64,000 nucleotides of DNA, from contig JAHLKU010000003.1 of the NCBI GenBank assembly GCA_020444505.1, forward strand, positions 21,824 through 85,823. Reading direction: 5' to 3'. Each line of letters opens with the position of its first letter. Positions within the stretch are counted from its first letter, which is position 1. The notes beneath the pieces are model-generated. The model saw only the letters and a program-made list of their open reading frames with translations. It ran no database searches and was not told where the DNA came from. Both the position numbers and the translations under genes were made by a program. This stretch comes from Actinomycetota bacterium (GTDB lineage Bacteria; Actinomycetota; Acidimicrobiia; Spongiisociales; UBA11373). Positions 9,448 to 17,744 of this stretch are shown in pieces.

Positions 9448-9915
9448 ATGGATCTGAAGGGAAAGCGCATCGTCGCCATCGGCGAGCGCGAGGGCATCAA
9501 CGGCCCCAGCCTGAAGCTGCTCGCCGAGTCGGCGGGTGCGACGGTGGTCTTCAGCGTCACCCAGTGCTTCGTCTGAACGGCTGGTGGAGCCATGGACCTG
9601 GACGACCAGGCGAACGTGAGTCGCCTGGCCGAGGAGTCCGGGACCGACGACATGCTCGTCGTCCTGGGCCAGCCGGATCCCAACAGTGCGGGCCTCTTCG
9701 CAGAGACCGTCACTCGAGGCGATCCGACCTGGGCAGGTCCGTTGGCCGGAGTCCCGTTGGGGCTCCCCGTGTATCACATCCTCGAAGAGGAGATCAAGGA
9801 GTCGATGGACCCCGACCTGTATCAGGAGCACGTGGGCCTGATGGAGTTGTCGGCGGACGTCGACGAGATCGTGAAGTGGGTCAAGTTCTACCGCGAGGGC
9901 GGCGGCGAGGCCTGA
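9448..9915 (+). CDS. grdA: glycine/sarcosine/betaine reductase selenoprotein A (GrdA) with in-frame UGA (Sec) at 9574..9576
   Basis: Strong RBS GAAGGAGG 8 nt upstream of ATG 9448. The N-terminal ORF MDLKGKRIVAIGEREGINGP ... VVFSVTQCFV ends at UGA. It continues in frame as TAGGAMDLDDQ ... ETVTRGDPTWAGPLAGVPLGLPVYHILEEEIKE (track ORF 9592..9915). The CFV-U-TA(A/G)GAMDL motif is the canonical GrdA Sec site. Confidence 0.85.
9579..9591 (+). promoter_or_regulatory. candidate SECIS apical hairpin downstream of grdA UGA (GGCU-GGUGG-AGCC); uncertain
   Basis: Short 4-bp stem with a GGUGG loop starting 2 nt after the UGA. Alternative stems exist at 9597..9610 and 9606..9628. The exact SECIS fold cannot be resolved by eye. 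Confidence 0.25.
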
Positions 9916-9931
9916 CAGTCAGGAGACGACG

Positions 9932-11395
9932 ATGTCCCAGGAGATCATGAAGCTCGACATGTTCGTCCACGGCGAGTGGCGCGCCGGATCGACCGGCGAC
10001 GTCGTCGAGGTGATGAACCCGGCCAAGGACGAGGTGCTCGCCACCGTGCCCGACGGCGGCGCCGAGGACCTCGACGCCGCGATGGCGTCGGCGGCCGAGG
10101 GCCTGAAGGTGTGGCGCGCCACCCATCCCCGCACGCGGGCCCAGGTCATCGCCAAGATGGCCGCGACCCTGCAGGAGCGGGCCCAGGAGTACGCCGAGTT
10201 GTACAGCCTCAACTCGGGCGGCTCGATCGGCACCGGGCTGTGGACCATGTACGACGTGGCCGGCCGGCGCTTCGAGTACTACGCCGGGCTCGCCGACAAG
10301 GTCCGGGGCGACACGTTCGTCACCCCCGGCGAGTTCCTCAGCTACACGCTGCGGGAGCCGGTGGGCATCACCGGGCACATCATCCCGTGGAACGGGCCGC
10401 TGTGGATCGGCAGCCGCACCATCGCCCCGGCGCTGGCCGCAGGGAACTCGGTGGTCGTGAAGCCGTCGAGCGAAGCGCCCGTCACCCTGCTCAAGTTCGC
10501 CGAGATGGCCGTGGAGTGCGGCCTGCCGCCCGGGGTGCTCAACGTGGTCACCGGCCGGGGCAGCGGCATGGGCGACCTGTTCACCCGCCACGAGGCCCTC
10601 GACGGCATCTACTTCACCGGGTCCACGTGGACCGGGCGGAAGATCCTCGCGAACACCGCGACCACCAACGTGCGGACGGTGATGGAACTGGGCGGCAAGT
10701 CGCCCAACATCGTGTTCGCCGACGCCGACATGGAGGCTGCCCTCGACGGGGCGATCATGGCGATCTTCGCCAACTCGGGGCAGATCTGCGTGGCCGGGTC
10801 CCGGCTGCTGGTGCAGGCGTCCATCCACGACGAGTTCGTGGAGCGCCTCGCCGCCAAGGCCGCCGAGATCACCATCGGCGGCCCCGAGGCGAACGCCCTC
10901 ATGGGCCCGCTGATCACCTCCGCCCAGCGCGAGAAGGTGCTCGAGTACATCGCCTCCGGCAAGGAGGAGGCCGACCTGGTGACCGGCGGCGGCGTCCCGG
11001 ACGACCCGGCGCTGCAGAAGGGCTACTTCGTGGCGCCGACGATCTTCGACGGCGTGCCCAACACCGCCCGGATCGCCCGCGAGGAGATCTTCGGGCCGGT
11101 GCTCTCCGTCACCTCGTTCGAGGACTTCGACGAGGCGATCACCCTGGCCAACGACACCGAGTACGGCCTGGCGTCGGCGGTGTGGACCGGCGACGTCGCC
11201 ACGGCGCACAACGCAGCACAGGCGCTGGAGGCCGGCCAGGTGTACATCAACCACTACTACACGGCCGCCTTCGAGACGAGCCGGTCGCCGTACAAGGCGA
11301 GCGGCCACGGCATGAGCGAGGGCCCCGACGCCATCTACGAGTACCTCAACCAGAAGGCCGTCAGCGTCAAGCTGGGCGAAGGCGAGGGGTGGTAG
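9932..11395 (+). CDS. NAD(P)-dependent aldehyde dehydrogenase family protein
   Basis: 487 aa with an ALDH catalytic Cys motif (GQICVAGSRLLV), ELGGKSP, and the N-terminal Rossmann GxxxxG region. Confidence 0.85.
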   Translation: MSQEIMKLDMFVHGEWRAGSTGDVVEVMNPAKDEVLATVPDGGAEDLDAAMASAAEGLKVWRATHPRTRAQVIAKMAATLQERAQEYAELYSLNSGGSIGTGLWTMYDVAGRRFEYYAGLADKVRGDTFVTPGEFLSYTLREPVGITGHIIPWNGPLWIGSRTIAPALAAGNSVVVKPSSEAPVTLLKFAEMAVECGLPPGVLNVVTGRGSGMGDLFTRHEALDGIYFTGSTWTGRKILANTATTNVRTVMELGGKSPNIVFADADMEAALDGAIMAIFANSGQICVAGSRLLVQASIHDEFVERLAAKAAEITIGGPEANALMGPLITSAQREKVLEYIASGKEEADLVTGGGVPDDPALQKGYFVAPTIFDGVPNTARIAREEIFGPVLSVTSFEDFDEAITLANDTEYGLASAVWTGDVATAHNAAQALEAGQVYINHYYTAAFETSRSPYKASGHGMSEGPDAIYEYLNQKAVSVKLGEGEGW

Positions 11396-11418
11396 CGCAC
11401 CGGGCAGCGGAAGCGTGT

Positions 11419-11438
11419 ATGGTCTGACCATAAGACCA
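11419..11438 (+). promoter_or_regulatory. FadR-type GntR operator-like palindrome ATGGTCtGACCAT with a third GACCA half-site
   Basis: Perfect 6-1-6 palindrome containing the TGGTCnGACCA core, in a relatively AT-rich 97-bp gap upstream of the adh-like gene (GTG 11492). The related site 5343..5361 lies upstream of grdE. Confidence 0.5.
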
Positions 11439-11491
11439 AGACGGCCCGCGGTGGCAGGCGCCGCGGCCGACCGAGACGATCTGGAGGCGTT

Positions 11492-12511
11492 GTGAAGGTT
11501 GCAGTGTTCACCGGGGTAGGCAGCGTGGAGATCCGGGAGGAACCGGATCCGGTGGCCGGCCCCCAGCAGGTCGTCATCGAGGTGGCCGCGTGCGGGATCT
11601 GCACGTTCGAGCGGCGCCTCTTCGCGGGCGACAAGCAGTGGTACCCGGTGAACCCGGGTCACGAGGCCTCCGGCACGGTCGTCGCCGTCGGCGAGGCGGT
11701 CGACGGTCTCCCCGGCTCGCCGCAGGTGGGCGACCGGGTCACCTTCGACCTCCTCACCCGCTGCGGCACCTGCAACCAGTGCCGCCGGGGCAAGTCGTCG
11801 CTGTGCCGGATGCGGCAGGGCCGCGTTCTCAGCGACGGCACGGTCTCGTTCGGTGGGTTCGCCGGCAAGGTCGCCATCGACGCCAAGTCGGTGTACCCGA
11901 TCGGCGATGCCCCGTTCACCCACGCCGCCATGGGCGAGCCGATCGCCTGCTGCGTGCACTCCATCCGCCAGGGCGGCCTGCTGCCCCGCGACCGGGTGGC
12001 CATCATCGGCGGCGGCCTGATGGGCCGCCTCCACCTGGCGCTGGCCCGCCTGGAGGGCGCCGGCCCGATCGGCGTCATCGACGTCTCGGAGCAGCGCCTC
12101 GCCGAGGCGACCGCCGCCGGCGCCGACTGGGTGGCCACCCCCGAGACCGCCCTCGAGGTGGGCGGCAAGCAGGACGTGGTCTTCGTCACCGCCATGGCAG
12201 GGGTGGACCTGGCCGTGGAGATGGCCGACCTCGGCGGCACGGTGGTCCTGTACAGCGCATTCGACAAGGACCTGCCGGCCACCGTCGGCGCGGACAAGTC
12301 GCACCGCGAGGAGGTCGCCATCGTCGGGGCCTTCAGCCAGGAGCCCGCCGACTGGCGCACCGGCTCGGCCCACATCCGCAGCGGCGTCATCGCCGACGCC
12401 CTCGATGCGCTGGTCACCGCCGAGTACCCGTTCTCCCAGGTGGAGGACGCCCTCAAGCTGGTGACCTCCGAGCCCACGTACCGCGTGTTCGTCGAGCCCG
12501 AGAGCGAGTGA
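11492..12511 (+). CDS. zinc-dependent alcohol dehydrogenase (MDR family; threonine/sorbitol dehydrogenase-like)
   Basis: Catalytic Zn ligands (C..H..E) and a structural Zn motif CGTCNQCRRGKSSLC. Rossmann motif GGGLMG. GTG start with GGAGG upstream. Confidence 0.8.
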   Translation: MKVAVFTGVGSVEIREEPDPVAGPQQVVIEVAACGICTFERRLFAGDKQWYPVNPGHEASGTVVAVGEAVDGLPGSPQVGDRVTFDLLTRCGTCNQCRRGKSSLCRMRQGRVLSDGTVSFGGFAGKVAIDAKSVYPIGDAPFTHAAMGEPIACCVHSIRQGGLLPRDRVAIIGGGLMGRLHLALARLEGAGPIGVIDVSEQRLAEATAAGADWVATPETALEVGGKQDVVFVTAMAGVDLAVEMADLGGTVVLYSAFDKDLPATVGADKSHREEVAIVGAFSQEPADWRTGSAHIRSGVIADALDALVTAEYPFSQVEDALKLVTSEPTYRVFVEPESE

Positions 12512-13824
12512 TGCCGGCAGAGGTCGTCGCCGGCGTCGACGTGGGCAGCAGTGCGGCGCGCGCCGTCGCGATCGATCGCGACGGCGCCGTGGTGGCCTCC
12601 TCCCGGGCCCCGTACCCCGCACACGACGGCAGCCTGGCCGGCGAGGTGGACCCCGCGGTCTGGCTCGCCGGCCTCGTCGCCGCCCTCGACGGGCTCGGTG
12701 CGCGGCCCCTGGCGCTCGGCGCCGGCGGCCACGGCCCCACCACGGTCGCCTCGACCGGCGAGCTGGCGCTGACGTTCCGCCACCCCGCCGGCGCCACCGA
12801 GGGCCCGGTGGGCCAGCACGCCGCCCACCTGCGGGTGTTGCGGGACCGCCTCGGCGACCACGTCGAGCCCCGCCAGATGTGGGACCACCTGCTGGCCCGT
12901 CTCGGTGGGGACCCCTCCACGCAGAGCATGTGGCCGGGTGAGGAGCCCCTGGAAGGCTTCGGGTCGCCGATCCCGGCCGGCACCGCCGTCGGGACCAGCG
13001 CCGGCGACCACGGCGAGCCGGAGGGGATGACCCTGGTGCCCGGCGCCAACGACGCCTACATGACCTCGTGGGCGTCGGCCATCGACACCCCCGGCCGGGC
13101 CTTCGACCCGGGCGGCAAGACCGGCGGGCTCGGCGTGGCGATCCGCGCCGAGGGGGAGCACGCCGAGATCGCCAAGTTCGGCATGCCGAGCCACGTGCCG
13201 GGCGTCGCCATCGTGGGGGGCCCGGTGGCCAGCCACGGGGCGATGATGGACTGGTGGTCGGCCGTCACCGGCCGCCCCGTCGCGGAACTGCTGGACCTGG
13301 CCGCCGACGTCGAGCCCGGCTCGCACGGCGTGATGGTGCTGCCGTTCCTCGAGGGGGAGCGTGCGCCCCGCTGGAACCTGGGCCTGCGGGCCGAGATCAC
13401 CGGCATCGGCGCCGAGACCGGCGTCGGAGTGCTGACCAGGGCGCTGGTGGAGTCCACGGCCTACGGCCTCGCCCACATCGCCCGCGACCTGGCCGGGCAC
13501 GGCATCGCGCTGGAGCGGGTCGTGTCGAGCGGCGGCCCGGCCCGCAGCCCGCTGTGGACGTCGATCAAGGCTGCTGTGCTGGACGTGCCGGTGGATGTGC
13601 CGGACTGCGACGAGATGAGCGCCTACGGGGCGGCTCTGGCCGCCGGGGCGGCGCTGGGATGGTGGCCGCGCCCGGGGGAGGGGGTCCCCGGCGACTGGCC
13701 GATGCCGGAGGTGACCACCTACGAGCCGAAGCCGCTCGAGGTGTATCGCAAGGGATTGGACCGGTTCATCGAACTCGGCGACGAGGCGGTGGCCCGGCTC
13801 GAGAGAAGCCAACCGAACGAGTAA
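12511..13824 (+). CDS. FGGY-family carbohydrate kinase (xylulokinase/LsrK-like)
   Basis: N-terminal VAGVDVGSSAARAVAID and C-terminal FGGY motifs (SGGPARSPLWTSIKAAVLDVPV ... AYGAALAAG). The start overlaps the upstream stop. Confidence 0.75.
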   Translation: MPAEVVAGVDVGSSAARAVAIDRDGAVVASSRAPYPAHDGSLAGEVDPAVWLAGLVAALDGLGARPLALGAGGHGPTTVASTGELALTFRHPAGATEGPVGQHAAHLRVLRDRLGDHVEPRQMWDHLLARLGGDPSTQSMWPGEEPLEGFGSPIPAGTAVGTSAGDHGEPEGMTLVPGANDAYMTSWASAIDTPGRAFDPGGKTGGLGVAIRAEGEHAEIAKFGMPSHVPGVAIVGGPVASHGAMMDWWSAVTGRPVAELLDLAADVEPGSHGVMVLPFLEGERAPRWNLGLRAEITGIGAETGVGVLTRALVESTAYGLAHIARDLAGHGIALERVVSSGGPARSPLWTSIKAAVLDVPVDVPDCDEMSAYGAALAAGAALGWWPRPGEGVPGDWPMPEVTTYEPKPLEVYRKGLDRFIELGDEAVARLERSQPNE

Positions 13825-13833
13825 GGAGAACGC

Positions 13834-14607
13834 ATGGAATACATGTCCTCGGCCATCGGGGCCGCCAAGACCCGCCGGGCCTCCCGGTTCCTCGAGGAGG
13901 ACGGCCGCGGCTTCCTGGTGGCCATCGACATGCAGTCGGCGTCGGGATCGGGCCCCGACCTGGACGTCGTCGAGAAGATCGCAGCCGGCGGCCCCAACGG
14001 CATCCTGGTGTCCTGGCAGATCGCTCGCCGCTACCCCGAGGCGTTCCGCAACTGCGGCATGATCCTCCGCATCGACGGCACCACCACGATGCTCGGGAAC
14101 TACGGCGCCGGCGACCAGTTCGCCCAGATGTACGAGATCGAGATGGCCGCCCGCATCGGCGCCGACGCCGTGGTCTGCATGGCGTTCCCCGGCGCCGACG
14201 ACGACGTCGTCGGCATGCGCAAGCTGGTCGCCATGGTCAACGAGGCCGAGAAGGTCGGCATGCCGGTGATCGCCGAGTCGATCCCCGGGTCGTGGGCCAA
14301 GACCGTCCCGTGGGACGCCGAGCACATCGCCAAGGCCGCCCGCATCTGCGTCGAGGTGGGCGCCGACGCCATCAAGACGATGATGCCGGAGGACCCCTCG
14401 GAGATCCCCGATGTCATCGCCAACATCGAGGCCCCGGTGTTCTGCCTGGGCGGTCCGAAGAAGGAGACCGAGGACGAGGCGGTCGAGTACGCCCGCACCG
14501 TCGTGGCCGCCGGTGCCAGCGGCATCGCCTTCGGCAGGAACGTGTTCGGGGCCAAGGACCCGACCGCCATGGTGCAGCGCCTGTACGAAGCCGTCCACGG
14601 CGCCTGA
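13834..14607 (+). CDS. class I aldolase, DhnA/FbaB family (DeoC/LacD-type TIM barrel; LsrF-like)
   Basis: 257 aa with DhnA-family motifs (GFLVAIDMQ ... RIDGTTTML ... GADAVVCMAFPG ... GMPVIAE ... FCLGGPKKETEDEAVEYARTVVAAGASGIAFGRNVF). Confidence 0.7.
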   Translation: MEYMSSAIGAAKTRRASRFLEEDGRGFLVAIDMQSASGSGPDLDVVEKIAAGGPNGILVSWQIARRYPEAFRNCGMILRIDGTTTMLGNYGAGDQFAQMYEIEMAARIGADAVVCMAFPGADDDVVGMRKLVAMVNEAEKVGMPVIAESIPGSWAKTVPWDAEHIAKAARICVEVGADAIKTMMPEDPSEIPDVIANIEAPVFCLGGPKKETEDEAVEYARTVVAAGASGIAFGRNVFGAKDPTAMVQRLYEAVHGA

Positions 14608-14618
14608 GGAGGAGCGAC

Positions 14619-15134
14619 ATGGCAGAAGAAGCCTTCACCGAAGCCTGCGTCGAGGTGATGGCGCGCACCGCCTCGGCGGTCGCCATCCTGACGCTGGAGG
14701 ACGGCGACGGCGAGAAGCATGGCATGACGATCACGTCGCTGTCGTCGGTCTCGTCGGAGCCGCCGTCGGTGGTGGTCTGTGTGGGCGAGGGCGCCTCGTC
14801 GCACCGCTGGCTCGTGCCAGGCGCCCGGTTCGGCGTGAGCCTGCTGGGCGCCGGCCAGGTGCCGTACTCCCTGGGGTTCTCCTGGGCGAAGTCCGACGAC
14901 CCGTTCGCCGACTTCCCGTGGGAGCGCGCCGAGGACGGCACGCCCTGGCTCAGCGAGGCCGCCGCCCACATGATCTGTGAGGTGGAGCAGGTGACCCCGT
15001 ACCACGGCAGCGCCGTGGTCATGGCCCGCGTGGTCGGCTGTGGGGTGCACAAGGACGAGACCCTGGTCTACTGGCGACGCAAGTACTTCGACGGCCTCAC
15101 CGAGGCCGAAGGAGGGGTGACCGGCACGTGGTGA
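14619..15134 (+). CDS. flavin reductase family protein (HpaC/RutF-like)
   Basis: 171 aa with flavin-reductase-like domain motifs (AVAILTLEDGDG ... GMTITSLSSVSSEPPSVVVCV). GAGGAGGAG RBS. It lies in the frame of a largely spurious 688-aa track ORF. Confidence 0.7.
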   Translation: MAEEAFTEACVEVMARTASAVAILTLEDGDGEKHGMTITSLSSVSSEPPSVVVCVGEGASSHRWLVPGARFGVSLLGAGQVPYSLGFSWAKSDDPFADFPWERAEDGTPWLSEAAAHMICEVEQVTPYHGSAVVMARVVGCGVHKDETLVYWRRKYFDGLTEAEGGVTGTW

Positions 15135-15616
15135 CCCCGGGCGGAGGCGCGAGGAGCGGGCCGGGCAGGACCCGGCTGACCCACCTCGCCCTCCGCGTCC
15201 ACGACCTGGAGCGCTCGATCGACTGGTACGAGCGGTACACGCCGATGCGCACCCTCAAGCGCTTCTCGGACGCCTACGGCGTGGGTGCCTGGCTGGCCGA
15301 CCCGGCCGACGGCGCGTGTCCGTTCACCATGGCCCTGTCGCAGTTCGACCCGGACAAGGATCCCTTCGCCTACGCCCCGGCTGCGGTGCTGGGACCCTTC
15401 GCCCACCTCGGGTTCGAGGTCGGCAGCCGCGACCAGGTGGATGCCATCGCCGCGATGGCCGAGGCGGAGGGCATCCTCAGCTACCCGGTCACCGAGATGC
15501 CGTATCCCATCGGGACGATCTGCTTCGTGGAGGACCCCGACGGCAACACCGTCGAGTTCTCCTTCGGGCAGGGCACCTATCCGATCTGGGACGAGGAGTG
15601 GGGGAGCGAAGCATGA
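15128..15616 (+). CDS. VOC family protein (glyoxalase/bleomycin-resistance/dioxygenase fold)
   Basis: LTHLALRVHDLERSIDWYERY ... GFEVGSRDQVDAI ... FVEDPDGNTVEF are typical VOC beta-alpha-beta-beta-beta motifs. The exact start is uncertain. Confidence 0.65.
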   Translation: MVTPGGGARSGPGRTRLTHLALRVHDLERSIDWYERYTPMRTLKRFSDAYGVGAWLADPADGACPFTMALSQFDPDKDPFAYAPAAVLGPFAHLGFEVGSRDQVDAIAAMAEAEGILSYPVTEMPYPIGTICFVEDPDGNTVEFSFGQGTYPIWDEEWGSEA

Positions 15617-16386
15617 GTGCCGACCGCCCCTTCGGGCCCGTGGAACGAGCCACCGTCCCCGAGCAGGTGCGCGACGACATCCACCGCCGCATCATCAGCG
15701 GCGAGATCCCGCCCGGCTCGCCGCTGCCGGCGGAGCGGGTGCTGGCGGAGCAGTTCGCCGTCGCCCGCACCTCGGTGCGGGAGGCCATCCAGGGGCTCAT
15801 CGCCCTCGGCGTCATCGAGCGGCGCGGGAACCGCTCCTACGTCGCCGAGCGCCTCCCCGACGCCGAGCTGCACCGCCCCGACGGCAGCAAGCGCTCATTG
15901 CGCGAGGCCCTGGAGGCGCACCACGTGCTGGAGCGCTCGCTGTTCGAGATGGCGGCCGCCCGGGCCACGATGCGGGAGCGCTCCGAGGCCCTGGCGCTGG
16001 CCCGCCGCCCCGCCCCCGCCGACGTCGGGGAGTTCCTCATCGTCGAGCGCCAGTTCCACGCCGCCATCGCCGGGGCGTGTGACAACCCGGTGCTGGTGGA
16101 GGTGTACGGCCGGATCATGGACGTGCTCATGGGCACCGACGAGGTGGTGGCCCTCGTGCTGGGGGTGGCGCCCGGCGAGGACCCGGCGCCCGCGATAGCC
16201 AAGGCCGCCTCCGAGCACCTGCGCATCGCCGAGGCGTACGTGGACCAGGACCTCACGAGGATGATGGAGGAGTGGGAGCACCACCGCGGGCCTTCGGCCT
16301 GGCGGCAGGCGGGCCGGGTGCGCCGCCCGGCCGGCCCCACCAGGGCGAGGGAGGCCTGGGGGCTCGAGAGGACGGTGGGGTCGTGA
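15613..16386 (+). CDS. GntR family transcriptional regulator, FadR subfamily (FCD domain)
   Basis: N-terminal winged HTH (PLPAERVLAEQFAVARTSVREAIQGLIALGVIERRGNRSYV) followed by an all-helical FCD-like domain. The start overlaps the upstream stop (ATGA). Confidence 0.75.
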   Translation: MSADRPFGPVERATVPEQVRDDIHRRIISGEIPPGSPLPAERVLAEQFAVARTSVREAIQGLIALGVIERRGNRSYVAERLPDAELHRPDGSKRSLREALEAHHVLERSLFEMAAARATMRERSEALALARRPAPADVGEFLIVERQFHAAIAGACDNPVLVEVYGRIMDVLMGTDEVVALVLGVAPGEDPAPAIAKAASEHLRIAEAYVDQDLTRMMEEWEHHRGPSAWRQAGRVRRPAGPTRAREAWGLERTVGS

Positions 16387-16511
16387 CCGGGGAGTGGCGC
16401 ACCCGTGTCCCCACGCCGGACGGCTCCGGATGGCGCCGCCGGGACGAAGACGTTGCCGCGAACGACACGGAATCGAGGAGTACCTGCACACACCCGGGAG
16501 CCCGCACGGCT

Positions 16512-16533
16512 CCGCCGGTGCCGTCACCGGCGG
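16512..16533 (+). other. GC-rich hairpin (CCGCCGGTG-ccgt-CACCGGCGG) in the gntR–bmp intergenic region
   Basis: Perfect 9-bp stem with a 4-nt loop, about 40 nt upstream of the BMP lipoprotein start. It could be a terminator for the upstream operon or a regulatory leader structure. Confidence 0.4.
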
Positions 16534-16573
16534 GCCGGGCTCCCAGAGCAACCGATTGGGAGGAACACCGACC

Positions 16574-17734
16574 ATGAGACGACTTGGTATCAAGTTGGTG
16601 GCGCTCATCGCCGTCCTGGGGCTGATCGCAGCCGCATGCGGCGACGACGACGCCGACACGACGGCCGCGCCGTCGACGACCGAGGCCGCTACGACGACCG
16701 AGGCCGCGACGACGACCGAGGCCGCGACGACGACCGAGGCCGCGACGACGACCGAGGCGATGGCCAACCCCGCCGACTTCAACGGCGACGGCGTGGTCCG
16801 CATCGGTGTGGCCACCGACGGCCCGCGCGACGACGGCGCCTACTACCAGGCGCTGGTGGAGAGGGTCGAGCGGATCTCGGCGGACAACGGCTTCGAAGCG
16901 CCGGTGGTCGTCGACGAGATCGACACGGCCAACTCCCGCGTCGAGCTGGAGAACCTGGCCGCCCAGAACGTGGACATCATCGCCATCGGCTCGGAGGCCG
17001 TGGCGCGGGACAACGAGGATCTCTTCACCACCTACGACGAGATCTTCTGGTACTGCAACTGCGGGTCCGGCTATGCCGACACCCCGGGCCTCCTCCGCAG
17101 CGCCGACAGCGGCGCCGAGCTGAACATCTCGGCCGGCTATGCCGCCGGGCTGCTGCTCCAGGAGCGTGGTGGCGACAGCGTGGCCTTCCTGGGCTGCTGT
17201 GACCTCCCCTTCGAGTTCGAGTCCCTGTGGGGCTTCGAATTCGGCCTGGCGCAGGTGGACCCGACGTTCACCGTCACCTACACGCCGACCGGCCAGTTCC
17301 CGTACGACTTCAACAACGTCGCCGGTGCGACGGAGGCGTACAACAACGCGGTCGCCGAGGGTGCGGATGCGGTCTACCCGTTCCTGGGCGGGGCGCACGA
17401 GCCCATCGTGCAGCTCGCCAATGCGGACGGGCTGATCGTGAACACGGCCGGTTCGTCGCAGGGTTGTGAGCGCGACGACCTCGACTACGACTTCGAGGTC
17501 ATGTTCGACGCCGGCGACTACCTCGAGCCGCTGTTCGAGGAGATCCTGGCCGGGACGGCCGAAGAGGGCACCGCCCGCTACTTCACCGTGGGCATCGACC
17601 CGCAGGTGGGTGCGGTGTTCTGCGACGCCACCCCCGAGCAGGTGCAGATGCTGGCGGACTTCAACGCCCGCATCGGGGCCGGCGACTTCGCCGACAAGAT
17701 CTACGAGATCCTGTCCGAGGCGTACGGCTTCTAG
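16574..17734 (+). CDS. BMP-family ABC transporter substrate-binding lipoprotein (PnrA-like; nucleoside/purine-type)
   Basis: Lipoprotein signal (LIAAAC lipobox), low-complexity (TTTEAA)n linker, then a BMP/PnrA-like periplasmic binding fold. Confidence 0.75.
   Translation: MRRLGIKLVALIAVLGLIAAACGDDDADTTAAPSTTEAATTTEAATTTEAATTTEAATTTEAMANPADFNGDGVVRIGVATDGPRDDGAYYQALVERVERISADNGFEAPVVVDEIDTANSRVELENLAAQNVDIIAIGSEAVARDNEDLFTTYDEIFWYCNCGSGYADTPGLLRSADSGAELNISAGYAAGLLLQERGGDSVAFLGCCDLPFEFESLWGFEFGLAQVDPTFTVTYTPTGQFPYDFNNVAGATEAYNNAVAEGADAVYPFLGGAHEPIVQLANADGLIVNTAGSSQGCERDDLDYDFEVMFDAGDYLEPLFEEILAGTAEEGTARYFTVGIDPQVGAVFCDATPEQVQMLADFNARIGAGDFADKIYEILSEAYGF
16673..16762 (+). repeat. five tandem 18-bp repeats (ACGACGACCGAGGCCGCG) encoding the (TTTEAA)n linker of the lipoprotein
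   Basis: Direct tandem repeat visible in the DNA and as EAATTT x4-5 in the protein, between the lipobox and the binding domain. Confidence 0.9.
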
Positions 17735-17744
17735 CCGCTCGATT

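Noticed and set aside
9881-14598. Very long minus-strand ORFs (9881..12622, 11659..14598) antisense to the aldh–adh–kinase–aldolase genes
   Set aside because: Antisense to plus-strand genes with strong family signatures and RBSs. Their translations are low-complexity high-GC artefacts.
13068-15134. 688-aa plus-strand ORF overlapping the kinase and aldolase genes
   Set aside because: Only the last 171 codons (flavin reductase, 14619..15134) have protein-like composition and an RBS. The upstream part is an out-of-frame artefact.
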